Shown piece by piece: positions 14,313 to 23,709 of a stretch of DNA of 64,000 nucleotides. Positions within the stretch are counted from its first letter, which is position 1. Every line of letters begins with the position of its first letter. The DNA comes from an uncultured Eubacteriales bacterium (GTDB lineage Bacteria; Bacillota; Clostridia; Oscillospirales; CAG-272). The position numbers and the translations under genes were made by a program. The DNA lies in assembly GCA_934467435.1 (NCBI GenBank), contig CAKSLR010000001.1, forward strand, positions 67-64,066, given 5' to 3'. Below the pieces are notes generated by a model. It saw only the letters and a program-made list of their open reading frames with translations. It made no database searches and was not told the DNA's origin.

Positions 14313-16826
14313 CTATTTTCCCTGCTCCCGCCAGAACCGGCGGAACAGAACGCCGAGCGCGGACGGATCCCCCACGAATTTGAGATGGTGCCAGTGGTTC
14401 GGAATCATACCCCGCCAAAGGGGGTCGGCAAAACGGTCGTCAATCAGCAGAAGAGTGCCGCGGTCTTCTTCCCCGCGGATGACCCGCCCCGCCGCCTGCA
14501 GCACGCGGTTCATGCCGGGGTAGATGTAGGCATACTGCTTGCCTTCTTCATAAATTTCCTGGTAGTAATCGCAGATCGCCTCGCGCTCGGGGGATAGTTG
14601 AGGCAGGCTGACCCCGACAACGGCGGCACCGATCAGGCGGCTGCCGGCGAGGTCGATGCCCTCGGCAAACACGCCGCCCGTCACGCAGAAGCCGACCAGC
14701 GTTTCGCCGGGGTCCGGCGCAAAGCGGGAAAGAAATTCCTCCCGCGCCCGCTGGGGCGCACCGCGCTTTTGCACGGCAATTTTCACAGCGGGATACGCAC
14801 GGTGGAAGGCAATGCAGATTTCCTCAAGGTAGGCAAACGAAGGGCAGAACACAAAATAGTTCCCCACATGGGCGCTGACCATTTCGTAAATTGCCGCGGC
14901 AATGGCGGGGGCGCTTTCGGTGCGCGCGGTAAAGCGGGTACTGATCTGATCCATGACCGCCACCGAAAGATGTTCTTCTTCAAAGGGGGAATCGAGGAGC
15001 AGTTCCTCATCCTCCGCCCGCCCGCCGAGCACCGTACGGTAAAAGGGCAATGGGGCAAGCGTTGCCGAAAAGAGGACGGCGCTCTTTCCGAGATCCAGAC
15101 GGGCGCTGAGCACCTCGGCAGGGTCAAGGCAGACCGTGCGCACACGGTACTGCGCATCCTCCCGCAGGTAAAAGGTGACAAAACGATCGGAATACAGTTC
15201 CGCACGGGTGGCAAAATTCCGGAGCGGATAGCAGAATGCGCGCAGTTTTTCCCGCAGGGAGAGCGGCGTGCGGCGATCCTGCGCGGCGCGCAGTCCTTCC
15301 TCCGCCAGGGCGGCAACGGCAAAAAACAACTCTTCCGGCGCCGCTTTCTGCCGTGTGAAGGCGTGCGTCACGCCATCGGCATCCTCATAGGGGCGCTCGC
15401 CCGAGAGCGCCGCTTTGACCGTGCGCAGAAACAGGCGGCGCACCTCCTCCGCGCGGGAAAGGAGGGGGGAGGCAGACGCCTCCTCCCGCAGTGTGGCGAC
15501 CAGGGCGCCGAGGGTGCGGGAATCGAGTTCCCCGCTGTACATTTCCCGCGCCCGTTCGAGAAGATCGTGCGCCTCATCGATCAGGAAGCAGTAGTTCCCG
15601 TCCTCCGAGAAGTAGCGGCGCAGGTACATTCGGGTATCGAACAGATAATTATAATCCCCGACGATCACATCGCAAAACCGGCTGTAGCGCAGGGAAAGTT
15701 CGTAGGGACAGACGCCGAAGCGGGCGGCAACCGCCCGCACCTCCGCCTCCCCCGCCACGGGCGTGGGGGAAGAAAGCAGCGCAAGCGCCGCGCTCTCCAG
15801 ACGCTCCCCGCCCGCACGGGCAAAGCGGCAGGGGGCAAGCGAATCGCGGCAGAGCATTTTTTCGGTACAGATGCGCTCTTTTGCCGTAAGCACGATGGCG
15901 CGCAGTTTGCCGCCCGCGGCGGCAAAGCGCCCGAGGGCATCCGCCGCTGCGCGGGCGGTGGTGGTTTTGGGGGTGAGGTAAAACACGCGGTCACACAGCC
16001 GCTCCCCGAGGGCACGCAGGGCGGGATACAGCACCCCCGCCGTTTTGCCGGTGCCGGTGGGGGCGCAGGCATACAGACGGCGGTGATGGCGGATGGTGCG
16101 GTAGGTTGCCTGAATCAGATCCTCCTGCCCCATGCGCGGGCGGGGATAGGGAAAGCGCAGGGTACGCAGGGTGGGCAGCCGTTCCGCCACCCGGGCAACC
16201 TCGGCTACCGCCGCGTGGGAGAGCGTTGCCCGCACACGGGCAAAAAAGGTGTCGGCTGCCGCACGGGTCACCGTTTCCTCAAACGTTCCCTCCCGCCCGT
16301 CACGGGGAGAGCGGAGCAGCGCCCGCACGTGAACGGCGGGCGCCGTCTCCGTCGAAAAATACAGGCAGGCAAGCAAAAACAGTTCCCCGCGCACATGGCG
16401 CAGAGTCTCTTTGTCGGGGGATGCCGGGTCCCCGTTCACCGTGCGAACCACCGTCAGCGTAGCGGAAAGCCCCGCCATAGCACCGCCGTGCGGCAGAAGG
16501 ACACCGTCCGCCGATCCGAAGAGGCAGAAGCGCCTCTCCCCTTCCTCAAATTCCAGCGAGAAGGAACGCGCCTCCCCGATACCGCCCGGCAGCGCGCCGG
16601 ACGATGGCAGCGGAGGAGTGCCTTCTTCCCCCTCCCGCGGAATTTCGCTTGCCAGCCGGCAAAGGGAGAGCGAAACCAACTCCCCGAGAGAGACGCGGAT
16701 GCACCCCTCATTCTCGTCATAATACAAAATTGCACGCCCCCTTCGGAATCTGCGATCCAAAATTGTAAACAATTTGAAAACGCCCTTGTCAAAACGCAAA
16801 AGATGTGTTATAATACCCCTCGTCAT
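14313..16826 (-). CDS. XPD/Rad3/DinG-family Fe-S DNA helicase with uncharacterised N-terminal domain of about 230 aa
   Basis: Walker A CAPTGTGKT, IDEAHDL box, and four Cys between them (ICTEKMLCRDSLAPCRF...GVCPYE). The start is uncertain: ATG at 16826 or TTG at 16727. The ORF-track start 16904 runs through tRNA-Val. Confidence 0.75.
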   Translation of the reverse strand: MTRGIITHLLRFDKGVFKLFTILDRRFRRGRAILYYDENEGCIRVSLGELVSLSLCRLASEIPREGEEGTPPLPSSGALPGGIGEARSFSLEFEEGERRFCLFGSADGVLLPHGGAMAGLSATLTVVRTVNGDPASPDKETLRHVRGELFLLACLYFSTETAPAVHVRALLRSPRDGREGTFEETVTRAAADTFFARVRATLSHAAVAEVARVAERLPTLRTLRFPYPRPRMGQEDLIQATYRTIRHHRRLYACAPTGTGKTAGVLYPALRALGERLCDRVFYLTPKTTTARAAADALGRFAAAGGKLRAIVLTAKERICTEKMLCRDSLAPCRFARAGGERLESAALALLSSPTPVAGEAEVRAVAARFGVCPYELSLRYSRFCDVIVGDYNYLFDTRMYLRRYFSEDGNYCFLIDEAHDLLERAREMYSGELDSRTLGALVATLREEASASPLLSRAEEVRRLFLRTVKAALSGERPYEDADGVTHAFTRQKAAPEELFFAVAALAEEGLRAAQDRRTPLSLREKLRAFCYPLRNFATRAELYSDRFVTFYLREDAQYRVRTVCLDPAEVLSARLDLGKSAVLFSATLAPLPFYRTVLGGRAEDEELLLDSPFEEEHLSVAVMDQISTRFTARTESAPAIAAAIYEMVSAHVGNYFVFCPSFAYLEEICIAFHRAYPAVKIAVQKRGAPQRAREEFLSRFAPDPGETLVGFCVTGGVFAEGIDLAGSRLIGAAVVGVSLPQLSPEREAICDYYQEIYEEGKQYAYIYPGMNRVLQAAGRVIRGEEDRGTLLLIDDRFADPLWRGMIPNHWHHLKFVGDPSALGVLFRRFWREQGK
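16786..16814 (+). promoter_or_regulatory. Promoter of tRNA-Val
   Basis: TTGTCA (16786-16791), 17-nt spacer, TATAAT (16809-16814). Confidence 0.6.
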
Positions 16827-16903
16827 GGAGGCATAGCTCAGTTGGTTAGAGTACTTGCTTGACATGCAAGGGGTCACTGGTTCGAGTCCAGTTGTCTCCA
16901 CCA
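16827..16903 (+). tRNA. tRNA-Val (anticodon GAC)
   Basis: Acceptor GGAGGCA/TGTCTCC, D-loop AGCTCAGTTGGTTAGAGT, anticodon stem CTTGC/GCAAG with loop TTGACAT, T-loop GGTTCGAGTCC, and encoded CCA. Confidence 0.9.
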
Positions 16904-17059
16904 CAGCCTCAAAGGCGTTTTGCCTTTGGGGCTCCTTGCTTTTTTCAGCGCTTTTTTGCGTTTTTTGTCGGATTTTCTCTCAGTATAACACAAAATTTCT
17001 CCTCCCGCAAGGGGGGGCCTTGCTTTTTTGCTGTTTTTTACAGATTGGAGCCTGTTTTC

Positions 17060-18028
17060 ATGAAGCACAAATCCCTCTCGCCTGTTGCCGCCCTGCTTTG
17101 CATGTTGCTGACCGCTATGATCTGGGGGTTCGCCTTTTCCGCGCAAAAGGAGGCGGGCGATGCCATCGGCAGTCTGAGCGTGACCTGCCTGCGTTCGGTG
17201 ATTGCGGCGGCGGCGCTGTTTTTTCTCATTCTGATTTTTGACCGGGTGCGGGGGGACGGACGGCGTCTGCTTTCCCGCCGGGGTGTGGACATCACGCGGA
17301 CGGAATGGCTCGGCGGTGTTCTCTGCGGGCTGGCGCTTGCCACCGCCACGCTGCTGCAGCAATACGGCATGCAGGAAAACGGCAGCGCCGGCAAGACCGC
17401 GTTCCTTACGGCGCTGTATGTGGCGCTCGTGCCTCTGTTCGGCATCTTTCTCGGCAAAAAGACCGCGCCGCTCGTGCTGTGCGGGGTGGTCGGCTCGGTG
17501 CTGGGGGCCTTTGTGCTTTCGTTCGACCTGTCGGGCGGGGCATCGTTTTCCTTTGCGCGGGGGGATCTTCTCTGTTTTCTCAGCGCGGTGATGTTTGCCG
17601 TGCATATTCTGATTGTAGACCGGTTTTCCCCGCACACAGACGGCATTCGCATCTCTTTTGTTCAGTTTCTCACCGGTGCGGTTCTGACCCTCCCGTTGAT
17701 GCTGCTTTTTGAGCGCGGCACCGTGACGGCGGATGCCATGGGGCGGGCGATTCTGCCGCTGCTTTACCTTGGCGTGATGTCCAGCGGCGTGGCATACACC
17801 CTGCAGATCGTAGGGCAGAGCCGGGTGCACCCCGCGGTGGCAAGCACGCTGCTTTGCACCGAGTCTATTTTCGGGCTGCTCGGCGGCATGCTCTTCTTCG
17901 GCGAGACGCTTTCCGCGCGCGAATGGGTGGGTTGCGCGCTGCTCTTTGTTTCCGTCCTGCTCAGTCAGACGGGCAGTTTTTTCCGCCGTCCCCAACCCCC
18001 GAAACAAGAAAAGGAGGCTGATTTATGA
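17060..18028 (+). CDS. DMT-superfamily (EamA-type) transporter
   Basis: Internal start MKHKSLSPVAALLCMLLTAMIWGFAFSAQK. Ten hydrophobic helices in two EamA-like halves. Confidence 0.8.
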   Translation: MKHKSLSPVAALLCMLLTAMIWGFAFSAQKEAGDAIGSLSVTCLRSVIAAAALFFLILIFDRVRGDGRRLLSRRGVDITRTEWLGGVLCGLALATATLLQQYGMQENGSAGKTAFLTALYVALVPLFGIFLGKKTAPLVLCGVVGSVLGAFVLSFDLSGGASFSFARGDLLCFLSAVMFAVHILIVDRFSPHTDGIRISFVQFLTGAVLTLPLMLLFERGTVTADAMGRAILPLLYLGVMSSGVAYTLQIVGQSRVHPAVASTLLCTESIFGLLGGMLFFGETLSAREWVGCALLFVSVLLSQTGSFFRRPQPPKQEKEADL

Positions 18029-18918
18029 AAGAATGGATCTATCGCCACGGTATCCTGTTTGCCGCCCTGCTGTTCTTCCCTTTCTTTGCGCTGTTTTTGT
18101 TTTTCCTCTACCGCCGGATGCTGGACCCCTTTACCGTTACGCTGCTTTCGCTTTGGCTGCTTTGGCTGGTGATGCTGCCCGGGCGGCGGGCGGGACAGGT
18201 GCTTTACCGGGATGCGTACCTGGCACTGTACCGGGACTGCGACCCGTTTACCTATGTGGAAAAGATGCAGTTTCTTTCGGAAAAGCGCTCCCTGCCCGCC
18301 GCACGCCGCCTGATGCTTTCGACCAACCTGGCGGTGGGCACCGATGCCTGCGGCAAGACCGAGGATGCCCTGCGCCGGTGCCGGGAATGCCTTGACACTG
18401 CGGAAAGGGAGAACCCCGCCGTGCGGTATGTCATTTACCTGACCTACGCCTGCATCACCGCACACAGCGAAGCACACCGGGACGAGTTGCCCCACATGAT
18501 CGCGCAGTTGGAAGCGGGGCTTTCCCAGATCGGGCAGGGGGCGGCGGAGCGGATGCAGTTCCGCGAAAGCATTGCCACCATCCGGGATGCCCACCGCCTT
18601 TGGACGGGGGAATATGACGGGCTGCGGAAGCGGTTTCTTGACCGTTTGAACGCCATTTGCGATACCCCCGCGCAAAACTACCCGAAAATGCTTGCCTGCA
18701 TCTGGCTCTCGCGCCTGTACGACCGCCTCGGCGAGTACGAAAAGGCGGGCGCCATGTACCGCTATGTGGAGGAAAACGGCTACCGCCTTGCCATCGCGCG
18801 GGAGGCAAAGATTTCCGGGGAGCGCTGCCGCCGCCTGGCGGAAGAAGAAAAGTGCGCCGCCCCTGCCGCAGGCGAGCCGGAGGCTGCCGCGCCGGAGGAA
18901 CCCCCGGCAATATTCTGA
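18025..18918 (+). CDS. Hypothetical membrane-anchored protein
   Basis: ATGA overlap with the DMT gene. Two N-terminal TM helices are followed by a helical soluble part. No family recognised. Confidence 0.5.
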   Translation: MKEWIYRHGILFAALLFFPFFALFLFFLYRRMLDPFTVTLLSLWLLWLVMLPGRRAGQVLYRDAYLALYRDCDPFTYVEKMQFLSEKRSLPAARRLMLSTNLAVGTDACGKTEDALRRCRECLDTAERENPAVRYVIYLTYACITAHSEAHRDELPHMIAQLEAGLSQIGQGAAERMQFRESIATIRDAHRLWTGEYDGLRKRFLDRLNAICDTPAQNYPKMLACIWLSRLYDRLGEYEKAGAMYRYVEENGYRLAIAREAKISGERCRRLAEEEKCAAPAAGEPEAAAPEEPPAIF

Positions 18919-19043
18919 CGCTGTGCCGAAAAAAAATCGGGCACGGAAAAAAGGGTGTAAAACCGCGAAAAAAGCGCCCGCGCCGCATGAAAAAGCGGGT
19001 TTTGGTCTGCCGTCCGAAAAGAAAGAAAATCGGGGTCGGGGGC

Positions 19044-19072
19044 TTGACATTTTTTCGCGAACCATATATAAT
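19044..19072 (+). promoter_or_regulatory. Consensus promoter of the 19120 lipoprotein gene
   Basis: TTGACA (19044-19049), 17-nt spacer, TATAAT (19067-19072). Confidence 0.6.
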
Positions 19073-19119
19073 AATAGTACCCCCGGAGGGGGAGTTTTGA
19101 GAAAAAAGGAGTACACACA

Positions 19120-19557
19120 ATGAAAAGAACCATTTCTCTCTCGCTCGCACTGGTAATGGTCGTGGTAATGGCGCTTTCGCTCGCTTCCTGCTCGAACTAC
19201 GGGAAGATTGAAAAGAACTTTACCGCTGCCGAATACACGGTTGTGGACACGACGGACGAGGACGGAAAGGAGAAGCTCTCCTTTGTCGCTCACCTGAACG
19301 ATGAAGGCAAGATCTCCTGCACCACGCACATTCTGAAGAAGGGGCTGAACTACGCAGTGATTCTGGAGTTCGGTGCCAACGAGGATGCGCAGAAGGCGCT
19401 GGAAAACTACATGAAGGATGATGACGTCAAGGCGTTCGTCAAGGATCTGGATTCCACCAAACTGGTGAACGGCAACTGCGTTCTGATTCCCGTAACGATC
19501 AATCTCGTTTCGATCAGCAAAAATATCAACGAGATGATCGATCTGTTCAATAAGTAA
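19120..19557 (+). CDS. Small lipoprotein, unknown function
   Basis: Signal peptide with lipobox LASC (MKRTISLSLALVMVVVMALSLASCSN). AAGGAG RBS. Confidence 0.6.
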   Translation: MKRTISLSLALVMVVVMALSLASCSNYGKIEKNFTAAEYTVVDTTDEDGKEKLSFVAHLNDEGKISCTTHILKKGLNYAVILEFGANEDAQKALENYMKDDDVKAFVKDLDSTKLVNGNCVLIPVTINLVSISKNINEMIDLFNK

Positions 19558-19564
19558 AAAAACT

Positions 19565-19590
19565 GCCCCGGCTTCGCCGGGGCGTTTTTT
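19565..19590. terminator. Bidirectional intrinsic terminator
   Basis: GCCCCGGC-ttc-GCCGGGGC, flanked by an A-run and TTTTTT. Confidence 0.75.
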
Positions 19591-19789
19591 CTTGCCGCCT
19601 GCGCGGCTTTTTCTTTTTTTGCAGGAGAAGGCGGCAGAAATCCCATCGGTTTGTGCGCGTGCAAAGAGGCAAGGATGGCCGCCGCGCGTTTGCTGCACAA
19701 AAACGGTTGCACGCATTTGCCGCGCGGGGAGAGACGTTGCCGTACGTCTGCCGGACAGGACACCCGCGCGTTTTCGGGAGAAGGAACGG

Positions 19790-22700
19790 TTACGGGTGCA
19801 GGGTGGCGCGGCAGACGCTTTGCATCTCACACGTCTCGCACGCCCTTACCTTGCCGATGGTCGCGGGGCGGGCATCCGCCACGCCGCCGGCAAGTTCCCC
19901 ACCGATGCGGCAGATCACCTCCTCCAGCCGGTGCACGAGTTGCCCCATTTCGGCAAGCGAGGCAAGCGATGGCTCGCTGTTCTTCTTGAACGTGCCGTCC
20001 TTTTTGACCTCGACCGGAATATAGCGTCCCGCCAGCGTTTTTTCCATGGCGCGCAGCACCGTCTCATCCCGCAGCAGCAATCCGCTGCGCGGGATTTTTT
20101 TGGCTGCCTCGTCAAATGCCTCTTCCCGTCCGATCGGGCGGTCTTCGGTCACGTCTGCCGCCCGCGCGCCGGTATAAAGCACACCGGCGGGCAGAAGTTC
20201 CCCGCCCTCACCGGCAAGGGAACGGCAAAAGGACGGATTCTCACTCTTCCAGAGCGAGAAGAGATAGACCAGCAACTGTGTGTTCAGCCCGCGTTCGATA
20301 TCGTCAAGGGAAAACTGCTTGGCGCCCGATTTGTAGTCCACCACGCGCAGGTAGGTCTTATCGCCGTTTTTCCAGGTATCCACGCGGTCGATTCTGCCAC
20401 GCAGCAGAATCCGGGTGCCGCCCGGCAGCACAAACGGCAGCGTGCCGGGGGCATCCTCCCCTTCCTCCCCGATGCCCATTTCAAAAAAGCGGGGCACAAA
20501 ATCGCTTTGAGAAAACTCGGCATATAACTCAGAAAGGACCAGCGCCGCCGAGCGGCGCAGGGTCGTCAGCAGGTGCAAAAGGCGCGGCGTGCGCTGCTCC
20601 TTTTTCGGGCAGATTTCCCGGATGTAATCGGAAAGAATCTCCTCCACGATCGGGGGAATTTCCTCCCGGGAGAGGTCGCGGATCTGCCGCCCCTCTTTTT
20701 CCAGGCGGCCGAAAAACCGCTCCAGCACCGTATGCAGCAGGTTACCGACATCGGCATAATCAAACTCAATCTCCCGGTTGGGGTCCAGGCGCAACTGATA
20801 CCGGCAGAAATACGAAAACGGACACTTTACGTAACTGTCCATGCGGGACTGGGTCAGAGGAATGACCTTGCCGAACAGCATGGCAGCGGTATCGGGCAGC
20901 AGGCGGCAGACGGGGTCGGAGACCGGCGTGGCGAGCGCCGCGCAGGCACGCCCGCCATCGGCATCGGAGGCAAGGACACGGCGAAGCGCCTCCCCTTCCG
21001 GCGTACCGCGGTAGAGGGCAAGATATTCGGCAGCGGGGCGTCGCCGCCAGAGGTGGGAAAGGCGCGGGGCGTCCCGATCTTCCATCACGCGCGTATCGGT
21101 CAGCGCAAGAATCCGGGAAAGCGGCGCTGCCGCCTCCAGTGGTGCGCCGGTGGGAGACGCGGTGGCATAGAGCAGGGTCACACTCTCCTTCGCCGCACAG
21201 AAGGCGCGGGTAAAGCAAAACCACTCCCGCGCGCAGCGGCGAAGAAGGTCGGGGCGGATAGAAAGCCCGATTTCCTCGAGTACCCGGCGGTCGCGGTCGC
21301 TGAACACGCCCTCCTCGGTCACACTGGCGGGGAATTCGCCGTCATTGACCCCGAGAAGATACACGTGTTTCGCGTTCCCGAGGCGAAGCAGGTCGGCAGA
21401 GCCGACCGTCACTTCATCCTGCGATGTGGGAATGCGGGAAAGCGTGACCTGCGAAAGCAGCAGGCGGAAGAGATCGACAAACGCATCGGCATCGACCGAC
21501 ACGCCCGCCAACGTATCGCAAAGGGTATCGAGCGCCGAGAGAATCACGCCGAAAAGGCGCCCGATTTCCTCCGCCTCCGCGCGCAGACCCGCGGCGCGGG
21601 CGTTCGCCGCTTCGGCACGCAGCTGCTCCTCGACCGAGAGAGACAAAAGAAAATCGTAAAGAGCGCGGCAATGCTCGGGCACCGGACAGCAGCGGCACGA
21701 GGCGGCAAGCGGGGAAAGCTGCGCCACCAGATGCTGCCGCACGCGCTCAACGGTCGAAACGATCTCACGCCCGCGTGCCGTCCACTGATCGGTGTAACCG
21801 TCCGGGTTCATATTCCAGCCGTCCGGGTCGGTAAAACGGGCGCCGTCGATCTTCCAACGGGTCACGTAGAGTTCAAACATATCCGCATCGTTCTCCGCCA
21901 CGCCGCTCATGCCGCATTTGAGGTAGGACAGCACATCCCGCTGCCGGTACGGACCGGTACAGACGGCATATGCCGTAAGGATCAGTTTGACGGCGCGGTA
22001 CGAAGTAATATCGGTATGTTTTGCCATAAAGCAGGGAATTTCCGCGTCTTCCAGCGCGGTATCCAGAACCCCGACGTAAGACTCCGCACGGCGGCAGATC
22101 ACGGCAAAATCACGGTAGTGCGCGCCCTCTTCCGTCACGCGGCGGGCAATATCACAGGCAATCCAGGCAGCGGAGGCGTAGGCGTTTTCGCACGCCACCA
22201 CGCGCAGAGAATCCTCGGCGGCAAGGCGCGCGCCCCCCTCCGGCTGCCCTGTGCCAAACAGAAGCGGGGCAAGCGCGCGGACAAGCGGCGTGCCGCGGCG
22301 CCCCGCCCCGCACGAGGTGCGCCGGAACGGCACCCCCGCCTTTTCGGCAAGGCGGGAAAGGCGCCGGGCGGTATCCGCCACCTCCAGCATCGGGGAAGCC
22401 TCCTCCTGTCCGTCGGGCAGGGTAAGCGTCAGCGTCAGGTCGGTCTTTTGCGCAAGCGCGGCAAGCACCCGCCACTCCTGCTCGGTAAAACTGATAAACC
22501 CATCGACGTACACCGCCGTGCCGGCGAACAGATCCTTCCCGGAAAGCAGGTCGGCAAGGCGGTCAAGATCCTCGCCCACATCGTTATAGGTTTCCCGCAG
22601 AAGCCCGTGGTACATGGCACCGAGAAGGGACAAATCCTCCAGTTTTTCGCGCAGGCGGTTCCCTTCTTCCAGTTTTTTTGCGGCAGCCTCCAGTTTGGCG

Positions 22701-23110
22701 GGGGTCAGGGTCATGGCGGAAAGTTCCCCCATTGCCGCCGCCATATTCCGCACATAACCGAGGTCGATTTTGCCGGCATTCCCCTCGCTTTGCTTTTCGT
22801 GCAGCAGGGGCAGCAGTTCCCCGACCGCGCGCCACATGACCAGGGCGCGGGCGGGGGCATCGGCATAGCGGTAAGAAAGCCCGCCCACCTGCCGGAACAC
22901 CGTATTGGCGAGGCGGGTGAAATTGGTGACTTCAAAATACAGGGGGGCGGCGGGCGGCAGGACATCCGCCATTGCCTGTTCGGAAAGCACCGTTTGCTGC
23001 TCCGGCACCAGCAGCACGGCGCGACGGCACGCCGCCACGTCCGCGCGGATGCGGTCGGCAAGGCGGGTGGTCTTTCCGCTGCCGAAATCCCCGGTCAGCA
23101 GTTCGATCAT
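19790..23110 (-). CDS. addB: ATP-dependent helicase/nuclease subunit B (AddB/RexB)
   Basis: Start MIELLTGDFGSGKTT (Walker A) at 23110 after GGAGGAGG. C-terminal nuclease/Fe-S region GRIDRVD...VVDYKSG and CETCEMQSVC. The ORF-track N-terminal extension to 23440 is rejected. Confidence 0.85.
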   Translation of the reverse strand: MIELLTGDFGSGKTTRLADRIRADVAACRRAVLLVPEQQTVLSEQAMADVLPPAAPLYFEVTNFTRLANTVFRQVGGLSYRYADAPARALVMWRAVGELLPLLHEKQSEGNAGKIDLGYVRNMAAAMGELSAMTLTPAKLEAAAKKLEEGNRLREKLEDLSLLGAMYHGLLRETYNDVGEDLDRLADLLSGKDLFAGTAVYVDGFISFTEQEWRVLAALAQKTDLTLTLTLPDGQEEASPMLEVADTARRLSRLAEKAGVPFRRTSCGAGRRGTPLVRALAPLLFGTGQPEGGARLAAEDSLRVVACENAYASAAWIACDIARRVTEEGAHYRDFAVICRRAESYVGVLDTALEDAEIPCFMAKHTDITSYRAVKLILTAYAVCTGPYRQRDVLSYLKCGMSGVAENDADMFELYVTRWKIDGARFTDPDGWNMNPDGYTDQWTARGREIVSTVERVRQHLVAQLSPLAASCRCCPVPEHCRALYDFLLSLSVEEQLRAEAANARAAGLRAEAEEIGRLFGVILSALDTLCDTLAGVSVDADAFVDLFRLLLSQVTLSRIPTSQDEVTVGSADLLRLGNAKHVYLLGVNDGEFPASVTEEGVFSDRDRRVLEEIGLSIRPDLLRRCAREWFCFTRAFCAAKESVTLLYATASPTGAPLEAAAPLSRILALTDTRVMEDRDAPRLSHLWRRRPAAEYLALYRGTPEGEALRRVLASDADGGRACAALATPVSDPVCRLLPDTAAMLFGKVIPLTQSRMDSYVKCPFSYFCRYQLRLDPNREIEFDYADVGNLLHTVLERFFGRLEKEGRQIRDLSREEIPPIVEEILSDYIREICPKKEQRTPRLLHLLTTLRRSAALVLSELYAEFSQSDFVPRFFEMGIGEEGEDAPGTLPFVLPGGTRILLRGRIDRVDTWKNGDKTYLRVVDYKSGAKQFSLDDIERGLNTQLLVYLFSLWKSENPSFCRSLAGEGGELLPAGVLYTGARAADVTEDRPIGREEAFDEAAKKIPRSGLLLRDETVLRAMEKTLAGRYIPVEVKKDGTFKKNSEPSLASLAEMGQLVHRLEEVICRIGGELAGGVADARPATIGKVRACETCEMQSVCRATLHP

Positions 23111-23676
23111 ACGTCCTCCTCCCGCAGGGCGTAGCCCCTGCCGCGCACTGCCACAATCCGCCGTCTGCCGTCCCCTTCTACTTTCCGACGCAGGCTGTGC
23201 AGGGTAACGGCAAGAATCCCGGGATCCACCGTCCCGGCGCACGTTCCCCAGCCTGCCGCAAGCAAATCTTCCCGCGCGACGGCACCGCCGTGCGCCGCCC
23301 ACAGGGCGGAAAAGAGGGCGTATTCCTTTTCGCTGAGGGGAATCTGCCTGCCGCCGAGCAGGGCGGCGCGGGCGGTGGGGTCGGGGCGCAGCCCCCGCTG
23401 CCCCTCCCCGCCGCGTACGGCAACGAGCAGCGAGCGGCAAAGCAGTGGGCGGTGCAGCGTGCTTCCGGTGTCGGAAAGCGCCCTGCCGTAGGCAATCCGC
23501 CGCCCCGCGAAGGATGGCGGCGGGAACGCATCGGCATCATACAGGCAGACATCCGCCGGGGGCAGATCGTCCGGCGATGCCGCCACGCAAACGGAAAAAC
23601 CTGCATCCTCCAGCCACAGGGTCAGCAACCGGGCGCAGGCAGGCTCCCGCGATAAAACGCAAATGCGGTCCGTCAT
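23107..23676 (-). CDS. OmpR/PhoB-type winged-helix DNA-binding protein with short, degenerate receiver-like N-terminus
   Basis: C-terminal LSEKEYALFSALW...VAREDLL...VTLHSLRRKVE...IVAVRGRGYAL is the trans_reg_C pattern. The N-terminal region of about 60 aa lacks the acidic pocket (VLSRE instead of DD/DE). ATGA overlap with addB. Confidence 0.65.
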   Translation of the reverse strand: MTDRICVLSREPACARLLTLWLEDAGFSVCVAASPDDLPPADVCLYDADAFPPPSFAGRRIAYGRALSDTGSTLHRPLLCRSLLVAVRGGEGQRGLRPDPTARAALLGGRQIPLSEKEYALFSALWAAHGGAVAREDLLAAGWGTCAGTVDPGILAVTLHSLRRKVEGDGRRRIVAVRGRGYALREEDV

Positions 23677-23709
23677 GTTCTCTCCCCCCTTCGGTTCGGT
23701 TTTTGCGGT

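Noticed and set aside
1201-16903. Genomic island or prophage integrated at tRNA-Pro or tRNA-Val.
   Set aside because: There is no integrase, recombinase, transposase, phage structural gene or duplicated tRNA 3' end (att-like direct repeat) next to either tRNA.
16827-17059. N-terminal extensions of ORFs 14313-16904(-) and 16859-18028(+) that run across tRNA-Val.
   Set aside because: The extensions are translations of the tRNA gene and its flanks (for example MVETTGLEPVTPCM...). Internal starts with an RBS give proteins that begin where homology begins.
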